Shown: positions 6,718 through 15,865 of the stretch, piece after piece
Layout of the letters: each line of letters starts with the position of its first letter
Numbering within the stretch: position 1 is the stretch's first letter
Virus record (IMG/VR): IMGVR_UViG_3300040804_000001
From: a virus
Direction: 5' to 3' (one strand)
DNA: 30,272 bases
Program-made: the position numbers and the translations under genes
The notes under the pieces: model-generated
What the model was told of the DNA's origin: nothing
The model's database searches: none
The model's input: the letters and a program-made list of their open reading frames with translations, nothing else

Positions 6718-9676
6718 GGTTAGAATAGAGGGGCGTAAATTAGACGTATTTGAGGGGTTCGATTTCTCCTTCAACTACGGCATTGCCGACATACGCAACC
6801 CTGAGAAGAGAAGCACGGAGTACTCCAAGACCATCAAATGCCCAGCTACGAAGACCAACGACGAACTCTTCGGGCATATATACGACGTTAACATCTCAAA
6901 CAATCACGATGCTAACACTACTAACATTAGCGTTAATTTCAACCCTAATAAGAAAGCTGAAGCGCGAGTAATAGCCGATGGGGTGGAGGTCATGGCTGGA
7001 GTTGTCCAACTCCGCAAGATAGTTCAGAAGGGACACGCCTACACATATGAGGTGGTGTTTATCGGAAAGCTGCTAAACATCTTTTCGGTACTTGGCGACA
7101 AGGAACTTAATGGGGTCGATGAGAATGGAAACCCTTACATAGATTTCAGCGACCTTAACCACGCATACAACTACGCCAATATTACCAGCAGTTGGAACTT
7201 CACGGATGACTACGTTTACCCGATGTTGGACAATGGCACGAGTTTCGAATACAATGGGTCAGGTGAGCGCATTTACGGAGTAACTCAGTTCAAGCCATTC
7301 TTGAAACTAAAAAGCGTTATCAATCGAATCTTCGACTTTGCTGGGTTCAGTTATACCAGTTCATTTTTTAACTCAGCATTATTTGAACGGTTGATTATTG
7401 GCGAAGTAAAAGAGAACCTTCTGTCGGATGCTCAAGCCGACCTCCGCAACGCAGAGGTAACGGTCACAAGTCCAGACGTTCTTGATTTGACGTACCTTAC
7501 TTTCAGCGCACTTAATGGCTATACCCACCGTTTCGATTTTTCGACAGTTGTTTATGATGCTGGCAATAACATAGACATAAACCAAGACATATACTTCACT
7601 TCATTCGAGTCGGTGTCTACGGTTACCAGCGTTGTAGACTACGAAGTAACGCGAACAAAAAGGACATTCTTTAGCTGGTCTGCTGCGGGTGGAGTCCCGA
7701 TTACATACCGTTATGAGATTTTACCGAATGGTAATTGTGATGTATATAATCATTTGACTGGCGCGCAACTTCAAAGCGATGTTTCAACAAACCAAACGCT
7801 TACAACATTAACTGGAGACCTTGATGCGGGAGTTGATTCGGACGCGGAACTTCAATACATAATTGACAACTGTATTGCGAGCCAATCATATAGGGACTCT
7901 GTTGGGCTTGCGTTTACTGGTTTCGATTGTCTTTATGGTTCGATGGCTGCCCCATTATTTAAACACAACATCAAGCGGTTCGACAGTATTCAAGGGTATG
8001 TTAACGAGAACTCTACGGACTTCGTTCTATTTCCAAACATGGCTCTCGGTGCAACTGTAAGCCAAACATCTTACGCGAGTGCCGAAAGCGTTAACATAAA
8101 TCAAGGGAACTACCTATATACAGAACTCTTTATTCCAAACGTATTCGTTACAACTGGTTTCTTTGGTGGTGATGGGGTGTTTACCGATGTGATTTTTGAC
8201 GAGTACGAAATGGAGGCTAACGGCTTCTTCAGAGTCACGGCTGAAAACAACACTCTACTGGAGCATCAAGATGTTGATTTTAATTCAATCGTCCCAATTG
8301 TTGAGATGAGCGAATTGTTCACTTCGGTGCTTCAGATGTTCAACCTTTATGTTGAGGTCGACCCGAACAACGAGCGAAACCTACTGATTGAAACAAGGGA
8401 CACATTCTACTCTCAGGGTGGAACAAAGGACTGGACGTATAAGCTGGCAAGGGACAAAGACATAACGCTTGAACCGCTCGGAGTTCTAACCGACCGCGAA
8501 TACATTTACACCTACTCGGAAGATGGGGACTATTATAACGAACGCTACCAATCCAACAGAGGACACGTTTACGGAAGGGCAAGAATCGAAATAGATAACG
8601 ACTTCGTACAGAGTTCAAAGGAAACCGAAATAATATTTTCGCCTACTCCGCTCATAAACGACAATCCATCGAGCCGAATAATAGGAGCAATTTACGACTC
8701 AGACATTGAGGACGGTTTTAAGCAGACGGACTCAAATGTCCGAATCTTGCAATGGGGAGGAATGCTTCCAAGTAATCCGCAATGGGTTTTTGCTTACTCC
8801 AACGCTAACCAGCAGAATATACCTTTGTTGGCAGCTTTCAACACCTACCCTTATGCGGGACATTGGGACAACCCGATAACGCCAACGATAGATATCAACT
8901 TCGGGCTAACCTATGAATTATATTACCAAGCTAATGCATTCACGGGAACGCTCCAAGTAACTAACGCGAACCTTTACAACATTTATCACCGCAACTATAT
9001 CAACGAGGTAACGGACAAAAACAGCAAGGTAATGACTGCAATGTTTTACCTTGAACCAACGGACATCAACACCTTAGATTTCCGCGACCAAATCATAATA
9101 GATAACAGTTACTGGAGGCTCAACAAAGTAATGAACTACAACCCTTTCAAGGAGGGGTTAACGAAGGTTGAACTCATCAAGATAAAGGAGGCGGTTACCT
9201 TCAAAAAGTCGGACAGGAGCCTTAACGCTGGTGGTTATTTAGGAAAGGAAAAGATGCCATCTCCTTCCACCGAAATCAAGACCAACGGAAACAAATACCC
9301 GCCATTTCAGGGCAAGGTGAGCGGAGCGGAGAATAACGTAGGGCAGAGCGTTACAGCTTTTAAAGTGGTCGGAAGTCGTAACACTATCGGGGAAGGCTCG
9401 AAGAACATTACCATATTCGGCAATGACAACGAGGTAATTGGAGGACTTCACAACGTCCAACTCATTAACACCAATGGCGTAATTGTTACCCAGTCAAACA
9501 CCACTTACATCAACGGAAAGGAACAGGACAACGTGGAGGTCTTGGAGGGTGGATTAAACGAAGTGCGTGCATTAAATGGAGGCACTAACATCTTCACGGT
9601 TGACGGTGGCGAGGACATAGTGCAGACACAATTTTCAGAAATAGCTATTTACACAATAGAAGGGGGCGAACAATAA
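6710..9676 (+). CDS. Large tail/baseplate (fibre or hub) protein, 988 aa
   Basis: The largest ORF. The GTG start overlaps the upstream stop. Composition is typical of phage tail or host-recognition proteins (N/T/Y/D-rich, no TM segment, no enzymatic motif recognised). Confidence 0.55.
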   Translation: MVEVRIEGRKLDVFEGFDFSFNYGIADIRNPEKRSTEYSKTIKCPATKTNDELFGHIYDVNISNNHDANTTNISVNFNPNKKAEARVIADGVEVMAGVVQLRKIVQKGHAYTYEVVFIGKLLNIFSVLGDKELNGVDENGNPYIDFSDLNHAYNYANITSSWNFTDDYVYPMLDNGTSFEYNGSGERIYGVTQFKPFLKLKSVINRIFDFAGFSYTSSFFNSALFERLIIGEVKENLLSDAQADLRNAEVTVTSPDVLDLTYLTFSALNGYTHRFDFSTVVYDAGNNIDINQDIYFTSFESVSTVTSVVDYEVTRTKRTFFSWSAAGGVPITYRYEILPNGNCDVYNHLTGAQLQSDVSTNQTLTTLTGDLDAGVDSDAELQYIIDNCIASQSYRDSVGLAFTGFDCLYGSMAAPLFKHNIKRFDSIQGYVNENSTDFVLFPNMALGATVSQTSYASAESVNINQGNYLYTELFIPNVFVTTGFFGGDGVFTDVIFDEYEMEANGFFRVTAENNTLLEHQDVDFNSIVPIVEMSELFTSVLQMFNLYVEVDPNNERNLLIETRDTFYSQGGTKDWTYKLARDKDITLEPLGVLTDREYIYTYSEDGDYYNERYQSNRGHVYGRARIEIDNDFVQSSKETEIIFSPTPLINDNPSSRIIGAIYDSDIEDGFKQTDSNVRILQWGGMLPSNPQWVFAYSNANQQNIPLLAAFNTYPYAGHWDNPITPTIDINFGLTYELYYQANAFTGTLQVTNANLYNIYHRNYINEVTDKNSKVMTAMFYLEPTDINTLDFRDQIIIDNSYWRLNKVMNYNPFKEGLTKVELIKIKEAVTFKKSDRSLNAGGYLGKEKMPSPSTEIKTNGNKYPPFQGKVSGAENNVGQSVTAFKVVGSRNTIGEGSKNITIFGNDNEVIGGLHNVQLINTNGVIVTQSNTTYINGKEQDNVEVLEGGLNEVRALNGGTNIFTVDGGEDIVQTQFSEIAIYTIEGGEQ

Positions 9677-10254
9677 TGGCAACACAAGATTCAAGAATCA
9701 AGATTAAACGGTCAACGATTACTGGTACCGTTCCAACCGTTCCAAGTTCAAACGACCACACCGATGGGACTTGGATAGCTACGGACATCTACAAAGGAGA
9801 ACTCTTCTACAACCAAGCTGATGGCGTTCTGTGGACACGAGGCGACTCAGGAATTGAGTGCATACAAGGAACGGCAAAACTCACAATTGCAAGTGCCGAT
9901 GTTCTACAATTGAACTCAACGCCTTTAACGATTGTTCCTGCTCCAGGAGCAGGGTATGCAATTGAGGTTATTAGCGCAAGTGTTAAGATTGATTTCAACA
10001 CAACGGCTTATGCTACTAGCACTAATCTTTTAATATCAAACTCATCATCAAATACAGACCAATTTAGAGGGGGAGGTGTATTAGCGTCAACAGTTTCAAC
10101 TTTTAAGAGGTTTATTTTGACCGACCCTACTGGAGCAACAGACACTCAAATAATTGAGAATGATTCTTTGATAATTCGGTGCGATTCAGCAGACCCAACG
10201 GCAGGAGATAGTGACATTACAATCTACGTTACTTACCGAATTATAACGCTCTAA
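9676..10254 (+). CDS. Small tail fibre / receptor-binding candidate (192 aa)
   Basis: TAATG coupling to the 988-aa protein. The sequence is T/S/D-rich and beta-type. The call rests on position only. Confidence 0.35.
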   Translation: MATQDSRIKIKRSTITGTVPTVPSSNDHTDGTWIATDIYKGELFYNQADGVLWTRGDSGIECIQGTAKLTIASADVLQLNSTPLTIVPAPGAGYAIEVISASVKIDFNTTAYATSTNLLISNSSSNTDQFRGGGVLASTVSTFKRFILTDPTGATDTQIIENDSLIIRCDSADPTAGDSDITIYVTYRIITL

Positions 10255-10255
10255 G

Positions 10256-12178
10256 ATGGCTACAAAGGTTGCAATAGAAGTAGACGTTAAAACGGGTGAA
10301 GCCAATGACGACATAATAGCGTTAAGGGAAGAACTCGAAAAGGTCAAGCAGACTCAGAAGGAAATGAGCGACCAGTTTAAAGCTGGTTTCAAGGCTGCAG
10401 AAAAAGGAGCAAAGGGGGCGAGTCAAGGGATGAAAGGCTTTGGCACTTCAATAGGTGGAGTGCTTAAATCTTTGGGGCTTATTGGGCTTGCTTTGGAGGT
10501 ATTCAACTTCCTGAAGGAGTTGTTAATGAAGAACCAAAAGGTAGCCGACACTTTAGCCATTGCACTTAAAACTATCGAGGTTCTTTTCAATCAACTATTT
10601 AAAGCCGTTGAGCCTTTGGGCGATGCAATGATGGCTGCATTTGACGACCCTAAACAAGCTATTGTTGACCTTGTAAGCGGAATCTTTAACAGATTCGTAA
10701 CTAGTCTAAAGGGAATAGGAGTAGTTGCTGAAGGTGTTGGAATACAACTCAAGGGTGCTTTCACTTTAGATTGGGATGAAGTTCAAAGAGGTCTAAGGCA
10801 AACGGCTCAAGGTGTCGCTCAGGTAGTAAGTGGATATGACATAGAACAACAGAACGCATTTGTTGATGGAGTTGTTAAAGCTGGAACGGAAGCACTAGAC
10901 ACGGCAACAAAAATAGAGACACTTAGAAAAGAGGTAAAACTTGCAGAGGCTCAACAAGGTCTCTTGATGCTTCAGTATCAACGAGAGGCAGAACTTCAAA
11001 GACAGATTCGGGACGATGTATCGTTGACTATTGAGGAGCGACAAGCGGCAAACAAAGCACTCGGAGAAATACTTGACGAGCAATCTCAGGAGGAGTTAAA
11101 GTTAGCCAACAAGCGTTTGGAGTTGGCACTACTTGAGCAGTCAATCAACAAAGACTCCGTTGATGCGGAGATTGAAGTAATCAATGCGCGAAAGGAAATA
11201 GCTGACATCAACGAGCGTATAACGGGTCAAAGGTCGGAGCAGTTGACCAACGAGAACGCATTAAAGAAGGAAGGAATTGAAATCTCGAAAGAACGAATAA
11301 AGATTTTAGAGGAAGAAGCGGAAGCAGAAAGGGTTGCGGCTTTTAAGATTGCGGAGGCAAAAGCCGAGGCTCAAAAGGTTCTTGATGATTATTTAGCAGA
11401 TAGAGAATCATTGTCCAGAGAGGGGATGATTCAAAAAGAAATTGACGATGCACTCGCGGTTGAGGAAGCGAAATTCCAAGCGGCAGTTCAAGCGGCACAA
11501 GAACAAGGCGTTTTACTTGAAGAACTTGATGCGTTAGAACTTGCGAGAGAAGAGGAAAGGCTTAGGCTTGAAAATGAGATAAGGGAGAAATACGCACAGG
11601 AAGATTTAGAGCGAGAAAAAGAAATTGCAGATGCACTTGCAAAGGTAGAAGAGGATAATGTTAAAGCAGTCAAAGAAGCGGAGAATGCTAAACGCAAACT
11701 AAGAGAAGACGGTCTTACTGCGGCTGGTTCTATTCTTGGAGCAATTGACCAACTTGTTGAGGCAAGCGGCAACCAATCGAAAGAGGCTGTGGCACTTCAA
11801 AAGACTTTAGCCATTGCTCAGATTGCCATTGATACGGCAAAGGCAATAGTCGGGGCGATTGCACAGGCGCAAAGCGTACCTTATCCGGGTAACTTAGTAG
11901 CCATTGCTACGGGGGTCGCGGCAGTTGTAGCGGGTATTGCTTCGGCAGTTTCAACACTCAACTCTGCTAATGTGCCGGGCGGAAGTGCGGCAACGCCAAC
12001 CGCTCCACAAGTGGCAACTGCTCCAGCTATCCAACAAGCAACTGCTGGAACAACCGAACTCGGAGGAGTGGAACAAGCCCAACTCGCACCTATTCAAGCC
12101 TATGTCGTGGAGACAGAAGTAACAGGAAATCAGAATAACGTAAACCAAATTGAATCACAAGCAACATTCGGAGGATGA
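10256..12178 (+). CDS. Tape-measure-like protein (coiled-coil, Ala/Gly-rich hydrophobic segments)
   Basis: Long E/K/A/L-rich heptad-like middle region. Glycine/hydrophobic segments at both ends (GFGTSIGGVLKSLGLIGLAL; AIVGAIAQAQSVPYPGNLVAIATGVAAVVAGIASAV) are typical of TMPs. The location upstream of the head genes is unusual. Confidence 0.5.
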   Translation: MATKVAIEVDVKTGEANDDIIALREELEKVKQTQKEMSDQFKAGFKAAEKGAKGASQGMKGFGTSIGGVLKSLGLIGLALEVFNFLKELLMKNQKVADTLAIALKTIEVLFNQLFKAVEPLGDAMMAAFDDPKQAIVDLVSGIFNRFVTSLKGIGVVAEGVGIQLKGAFTLDWDEVQRGLRQTAQGVAQVVSGYDIEQQNAFVDGVVKAGTEALDTATKIETLRKEVKLAEAQQGLLMLQYQREAELQRQIRDDVSLTIEERQAANKALGEILDEQSQEELKLANKRLELALLEQSINKDSVDAEIEVINARKEIADINERITGQRSEQLTNENALKKEGIEISKERIKILEEEAEAERVAAFKIAEAKAEAQKVLDDYLADRESLSREGMIQKEIDDALAVEEAKFQAAVQAAQEQGVLLEELDALELAREEERLRLENEIREKYAQEDLEREKEIADALAKVEEDNVKAVKEAENAKRKLREDGLTAAGSILGAIDQLVEASGNQSKEAVALQKTLAIAQIAIDTAKAIVGAIAQAQSVPYPGNLVAIATGVAAVVAGIASAVSTLNSANVPGGSAATPTAPQVATAPAIQQATAGTTELGGVEQAQLAPIQAYVVETEVTGNQNNVNQIESQATFGG

Positions 12179-12735
12179 ACAAGCTACCAGTAATTTACCT
12201 GACAATTGACGAAGACCACGAAACGGGTCTTGATGCCATTTCACTCGTTGACCATCCAGCCATTGAGCGTAATTGGATGGCGTTTAACAAGAAGCAGAAG
12301 TTTTCGCTAAATGAAGAGAAGAGAGTCGTAAGCGGTGCTGCAATGGTTGCCGATTACCCTATCTATCGCAAAGATGAGGATGGGCGAGAGTATTACGTTG
12401 TATTCGATTCGGATGCTATTCGCAAGATAGCCTACAAGTTTATGAAGGAAGGCAAGACGAACGCAACAAATTTAGACCACTCAACAGATGTGGAAGGGGT
12501 GTTTATGTTTGAATCTTTCCTAATTGATGAAATGAAGCCAACGCCAAAGGGATTTGACAAGCTACCGAACGGTTCTTGGTTCGTGAGTTATAAGGTCGAT
12601 AATGATGACGTTTGGGCGCAAGTAAAGGACGGCACTTTTAAAGGGTTCAGCGTTGAGGGCGTGTTCAGCGAAAGCCGACAAATGGACGTAGACAAGATGA
12701 TTATCGAAGAGGTGGAGAAAGCACTACGGGCATAG
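12175..12735 (+). CDS. XkdF-like putative prohead protease
   Basis: LVDHPAIERNWMAF...VVSGAAMVADYPIYRKDEDGREYYVVFDSDAIRKIAYKFMKEG..NLDHS matches the PBSX XkdF domain pattern. It is followed by the scaffold and capsid genes. Confidence 0.7.
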   Translation: MNKLPVIYLTIDEDHETGLDAISLVDHPAIERNWMAFNKKQKFSLNEEKRVVSGAAMVADYPIYRKDEDGREYYVVFDSDAIRKIAYKFMKEGKTNATNLDHSTDVEGVFMFESFLIDEMKPTPKGFDKLPNGSWFVSYKVDNDDVWAQVKDGTFKGFSVEGVFSESRQMDVDKMIIEEVEKALRA

Positions 12736-12783
12736 CCAAGTGGCACACCTTCCAAGAATTGCTATTTACTAAAAAAACAACGC

Positions 12784-13362
12784 ATGAACATTTCAGAACT
12801 TGTGGGTAAGAAATTGCCCGAAATCAAGAAACTACTTTTCAGCGAGACAACCGAAGAGGCTTTCGTTGATGCTAAACTCGTTGATGGTACTATCGTCCGA
12901 GTAGAACCAGCTTTGGAAATAGGCGCATCTGTTGCCGTTATCGGAGAGGATGGCGAAACCGTACCAGCACCTGATGGACAACACGAACTTGAAAGCGGTG
13001 AAGTTGTAAGAACTGAAGGAGGTGTTATCGTTGAAATCCTTGAGCCTGAAGTAGAAGAGGAAGCTGGAGAGGATAAAGAGGAAGAAATGGCGAGCGAAGA
13101 AAAGTTCGATGCTGAAGGCTTCAAAGCCGACATCCTTTCTGCTGTATCTGAATTGATAAAGTCAGAAATCGCTGCGGCTCAATTCGCCAAGACCGAGAAG
13201 GTTACGGACATCGAGAAAGCTGTCGGTCTAATTACAGACATCGTTGAGAAGATGGCAGCCACTCCAAAGGAAGAGCCTTCTAAGAAGGTTGCTAACCCAT
13301 TCAACAAAGGCATCGACTACTCAGAGATGGTAGAGAAGATGCGCGCAATAACCAAGAAATAA
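12784..13362 (+). CDS. Scaffolding protein candidate
   Basis: Very acidic and helical (EPEVEEEAGEDKEEEMASEEK). It lies between the protease and the major capsid gene. Confidence 0.55.
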   Translation: MNISELVGKKLPEIKKLLFSETTEEAFVDAKLVDGTIVRVEPALEIGASVAVIGEDGETVPAPDGQHELESGEVVRTEGGVIVEILEPEVEEEAGEDKEEEMASEEKFDAEGFKADILSAVSELIKSEIAAAQFAKTEKVTDIEKAVGLITDIVEKMAATPKEEPSKKVANPFNKGIDYSEMVEKMRAITKK

Positions 13363-13382
13363 ACCTATAAACACTATAAAAA

Positions 13383-14342
13383 ATGGCATTTGATGTATCG
13401 GGCTTAACCGCCTACATTGAGGAACAAAACTTTCCTCTAATCACAAAAGCAGTAACTGGAGGTCGTACAGCTTCACTTATGGAGAAGCAAGTAGGCGTAA
13501 AGGGCAAGACCAAAATCAACCTAATGGATGTTGATGTAAACTTCCAAGATGGTAGCGGTTGCGCGTTCAACGCTGATGGCGATGTAACTTTTACTCAGCG
13601 TGAGATTGACCCAGCAAAATTGAAGTTGAACATGGAGTTTTGCCCAAAGACTTTGGAGGGTTACTACCTACGTTCGCAACTTCCAAGCGGGGCGCATTAC
13701 GAGTCTATTCCTTTCGAGGAGCAGTTCGGTGCTTACTTGATTGAGAAAATCCAATCAGAGTTGGAGGTTATGATTTGGCAGTCTGACTCTACATTGGTAT
13801 CAGGTAACCTTCAGTTTTTCGATGGTCTTATTGACGTAATTGGAGGTGGTTCTTACATCAATGCAAATACAACTGCATTTGGTTCGGGTACTGCTCTTAC
13901 AACTGCGTTGACTGCAAACAACATGGTTGAGGCTGTTCAGCGAGTTTACGAAGCGGCTGCTGCTGCTATCGTTGACAAGGCTGACGCTAAGATTTTCGTT
14001 GGATATGATTCCTTTAGAGCGTTGGCACTTGGTCTTCAGAACGGTCTTGGAATCGTTACTGCTGGCGGTCAACTTCAAAACGCTCAGAGTTCATTCGCTG
14101 ACCTTACAATGGTTCTCCCAGGTACTAACATTGAAATCATCGCTGTTAACGGTCTAACAGGAACTAACGATGTGTACTGTATGAGAACAAGCAATATGTT
14201 CTTGGGAGTTGACCTTGAGGACGATGCTTCTAAAATCGAGGCATGGTACTCTAAGGATGACAGAAAGTACAAGGTAGCTGTTGACTTGACACTTGGTGTT
14301 CAAGTTGCATACCCTGACCAAATCTCTGCGGTAATTCTTTAA
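13383..14342 (+). CDS. Major capsid protein
   Basis: A 319-aa ORF after the protease and scaffold. It has an A-rich leader and is followed immediately by a GC-rich hairpin. Composition is compatible with an HK97-fold coat protein. Confidence 0.7.
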   Translation: MAFDVSGLTAYIEEQNFPLITKAVTGGRTASLMEKQVGVKGKTKINLMDVDVNFQDGSGCAFNADGDVTFTQREIDPAKLKLNMEFCPKTLEGYYLRSQLPSGAHYESIPFEEQFGAYLIEKIQSELEVMIWQSDSTLVSGNLQFFDGLIDVIGGGSYINANTTAFGSGTALTTALTANNMVEAVQRVYEAAAAAIVDKADAKIFVGYDSFRALALGLQNGLGIVTAGGQLQNAQSSFADLTMVLPGTNIEIIAVNGLTGTNDVYCMRTSNMFLGVDLEDDASKIEAWYSKDDRKYKVAVDLTLGVQVAYPDQISAVIL

Positions 14343-14349
14343 TCTAATC

Positions 14350-14371
14350 GGGGCGGCTTTCGGGTCGCCCC
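14350..14371 (+). terminator. GC-rich hairpin after the capsid gene
   Basis: GGGGCGGC-tttcgg-GTCGCCCC gives an 8-bp stem including one G-U pair. Only TT follows, so it may attenuate rather than terminate fully. Confidence 0.5.
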
Positions 14372-14392
14372 TTCACTCTAAAAACTAAAAAC

Positions 14393-14914
14393 ATGGCATA
14401 TACTGGATGCGCACTCAGCTACTCACATGATCTTGACTGCCGCGATACAGTAGGCGGAGTGAAGAGCTGTAGATTTGCGAACCTTGCTGACTATCTTGCA
14501 TTAACACCTGTTGTATCTGCTGGAGCGGTTACTTCAATCACAGGAACGCCTACATTCTACAAGTACGAGCAACTAAAGGAAACTTCCTCGTTGACCGAGA
14601 CCATCAACGGTAACAGTCAGAACGGAACGGTTTACTTCACGCCTGAGGTGGTTGTAGTGCTTTCAAAGTTGGACGTAGACAAGCGAAACGAAATCAAAGT
14701 TCTTGCTCAGCAGCGTTTGGTGGCTATCGTTGAAACTAACGACGGGTCATATTGGGTCGTTGGTTACCAAAACGGTCTTGAATTGAACGCTGGAACTTCT
14801 GCAACGGGTACGGCTTTCGCTGACCTTTCGGGTTACTCTTTGACGTTTAGCGGAATGGAAGCGGAGCAAATGCTTTCCATCGGTTCAGCAGACGTTACTG
14901 CGATTACCAACTAA
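14393..14914 (+). CDS. Major tail (tube) protein candidate
   Basis: A 173-aa beta-rich protein. The pattern ...FYKYEQLKETSSLTETINGNSQNGTVYFTPEVVVVLSKLD..KRNEIKVLAQQRLVAIVETNDGSYWVVGYQNGLEL...ADLSGYSLTFSGMEAEQ resembles siphovirus tail-tube families. It is bracketed by two hairpin terminators. Confidence 0.45.
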   Translation: MAYTGCALSYSHDLDCRDTVGGVKSCRFANLADYLALTPVVSAGAVTSITGTPTFYKYEQLKETSSLTETINGNSQNGTVYFTPEVVVVLSKLDVDKRNEIKVLAQQRLVAIVETNDGSYWVVGYQNGLELNAGTSATGTAFADLSGYSLTFSGMEAEQMLSIGSADVTAITN

Positions 14915-14959
14915 TTCGTATATTTACACTTTCTCTTTTTCATTTGTTCTGTTGGGGAG

Positions 14960-14984
14960 GGGTCGGCTAACGCTGACCCTTTTT
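14960..14984 (+). terminator. Rho-independent terminator
   Basis: GGGTCGGC-taac-GCTGACCC (8-bp stem, one G-U pair) followed by TTTTT. Confidence 0.7.
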
Positions 14985-15029
14985 CGTTTGGCACAAAAAC
15001 GAACTTTTGCTATTTAAAGAAAAACAAGC

Positions 15030-15482
15030 ATGGCATCGACCGTAACACCAGCAACCGCAACGGTTCAAATTGTAGAATCTCTAACACTCGGAGGAGTTGA
15101 CAGAGGAGGCACACACACACGTTCAATTTCAAACGTGGCAGAAGCTGACCGCAGAGTGATGACAATCGACTCAGCGAACGAGATTGACATCATCGAACTC
15201 AACACCAACAACGGTCAGGGGAAGTTCATTCGTTCAGCTATCCGTTACATCCGCATCACTAACTTGGACAACACTAACTTCATTCGGGTAAGGTTCAAGA
15301 ATAGCGGTGCAGAAACCGCAGACGTTAAGGTTGATGCTGGGGCTACCTTCATGCTATCGACTGGCTCAATGGATGCAGACACAAGTGCTGGAGCATTCAG
15401 CGCATTCGTTGACATTGATGTGATAAGCGCACAAGCTAACACAGCAGACTGTGATATCGAATATGTGGTATTTGCGGTTTGA
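15030..15482 (+). CDS. Hypothetical virion protein (150 aa)
   Basis: ORF track, A-rich leader, beta-rich sequence, inside the structural block. Confidence 0.45.
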   Translation: MASTVTPATATVQIVESLTLGGVDRGGTHTRSISNVAEADRRVMTIDSANEIDIIELNTNNGQGKFIRSAIRYIRITNLDNTNFIRVRFKNSGAETADVKVDAGATFMLSTGSMDADTSAGAFSAFVDIDVISAQANTADCDIEYVVFAV

Positions 15483-15865
15483 TAAACATCGCACGAAATA
15501 CGGCTAATGATGTGGCGTTAACCCTTACGGAAAAGGGAACGGCTACTTACTACCTCTTTAAGTTCCAATCGGATAACACAGAGGCGGTGGAGTACTGCAT
15601 TGCTACGGATTCAAGCCTTTACCCTGACCGCTTTAACAAGTTCATCATCACGGAAACGTCAACACCTGACAATCTAAATGCGGAGGTGGAACTACCAACA
15701 GAGGGGCAATGGCGGTATTTCGTTTATGCGAACTCTTCAAGTTCAAATTTAGACCCGACTGGACTGACCGAATTAGAATCGGGAATCGTGAAAGTAACGG
15801 GAACATCAACACCAGTTACCACCTACTCAGGTGGCAACTCTAACTATGTAGTGTATGGCTCTTAA
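15479..15865 (+). CDS. Hypothetical virion protein (128 aa)
   Basis: TTG start overlapping the upstream TGA (TTGA). Its end overlaps the portal ATG. Confidence 0.4.
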   Translation: MINIARNTANDVALTLTEKGTATYYLFKFQSDNTEAVEYCIATDSSLYPDRFNKFIITETSTPDNLNAEVELPTEGQWRYFVYANSSSSNLDPTGLTELESGIVKVTGTSTPVTTYSGGNSNYVVYGS

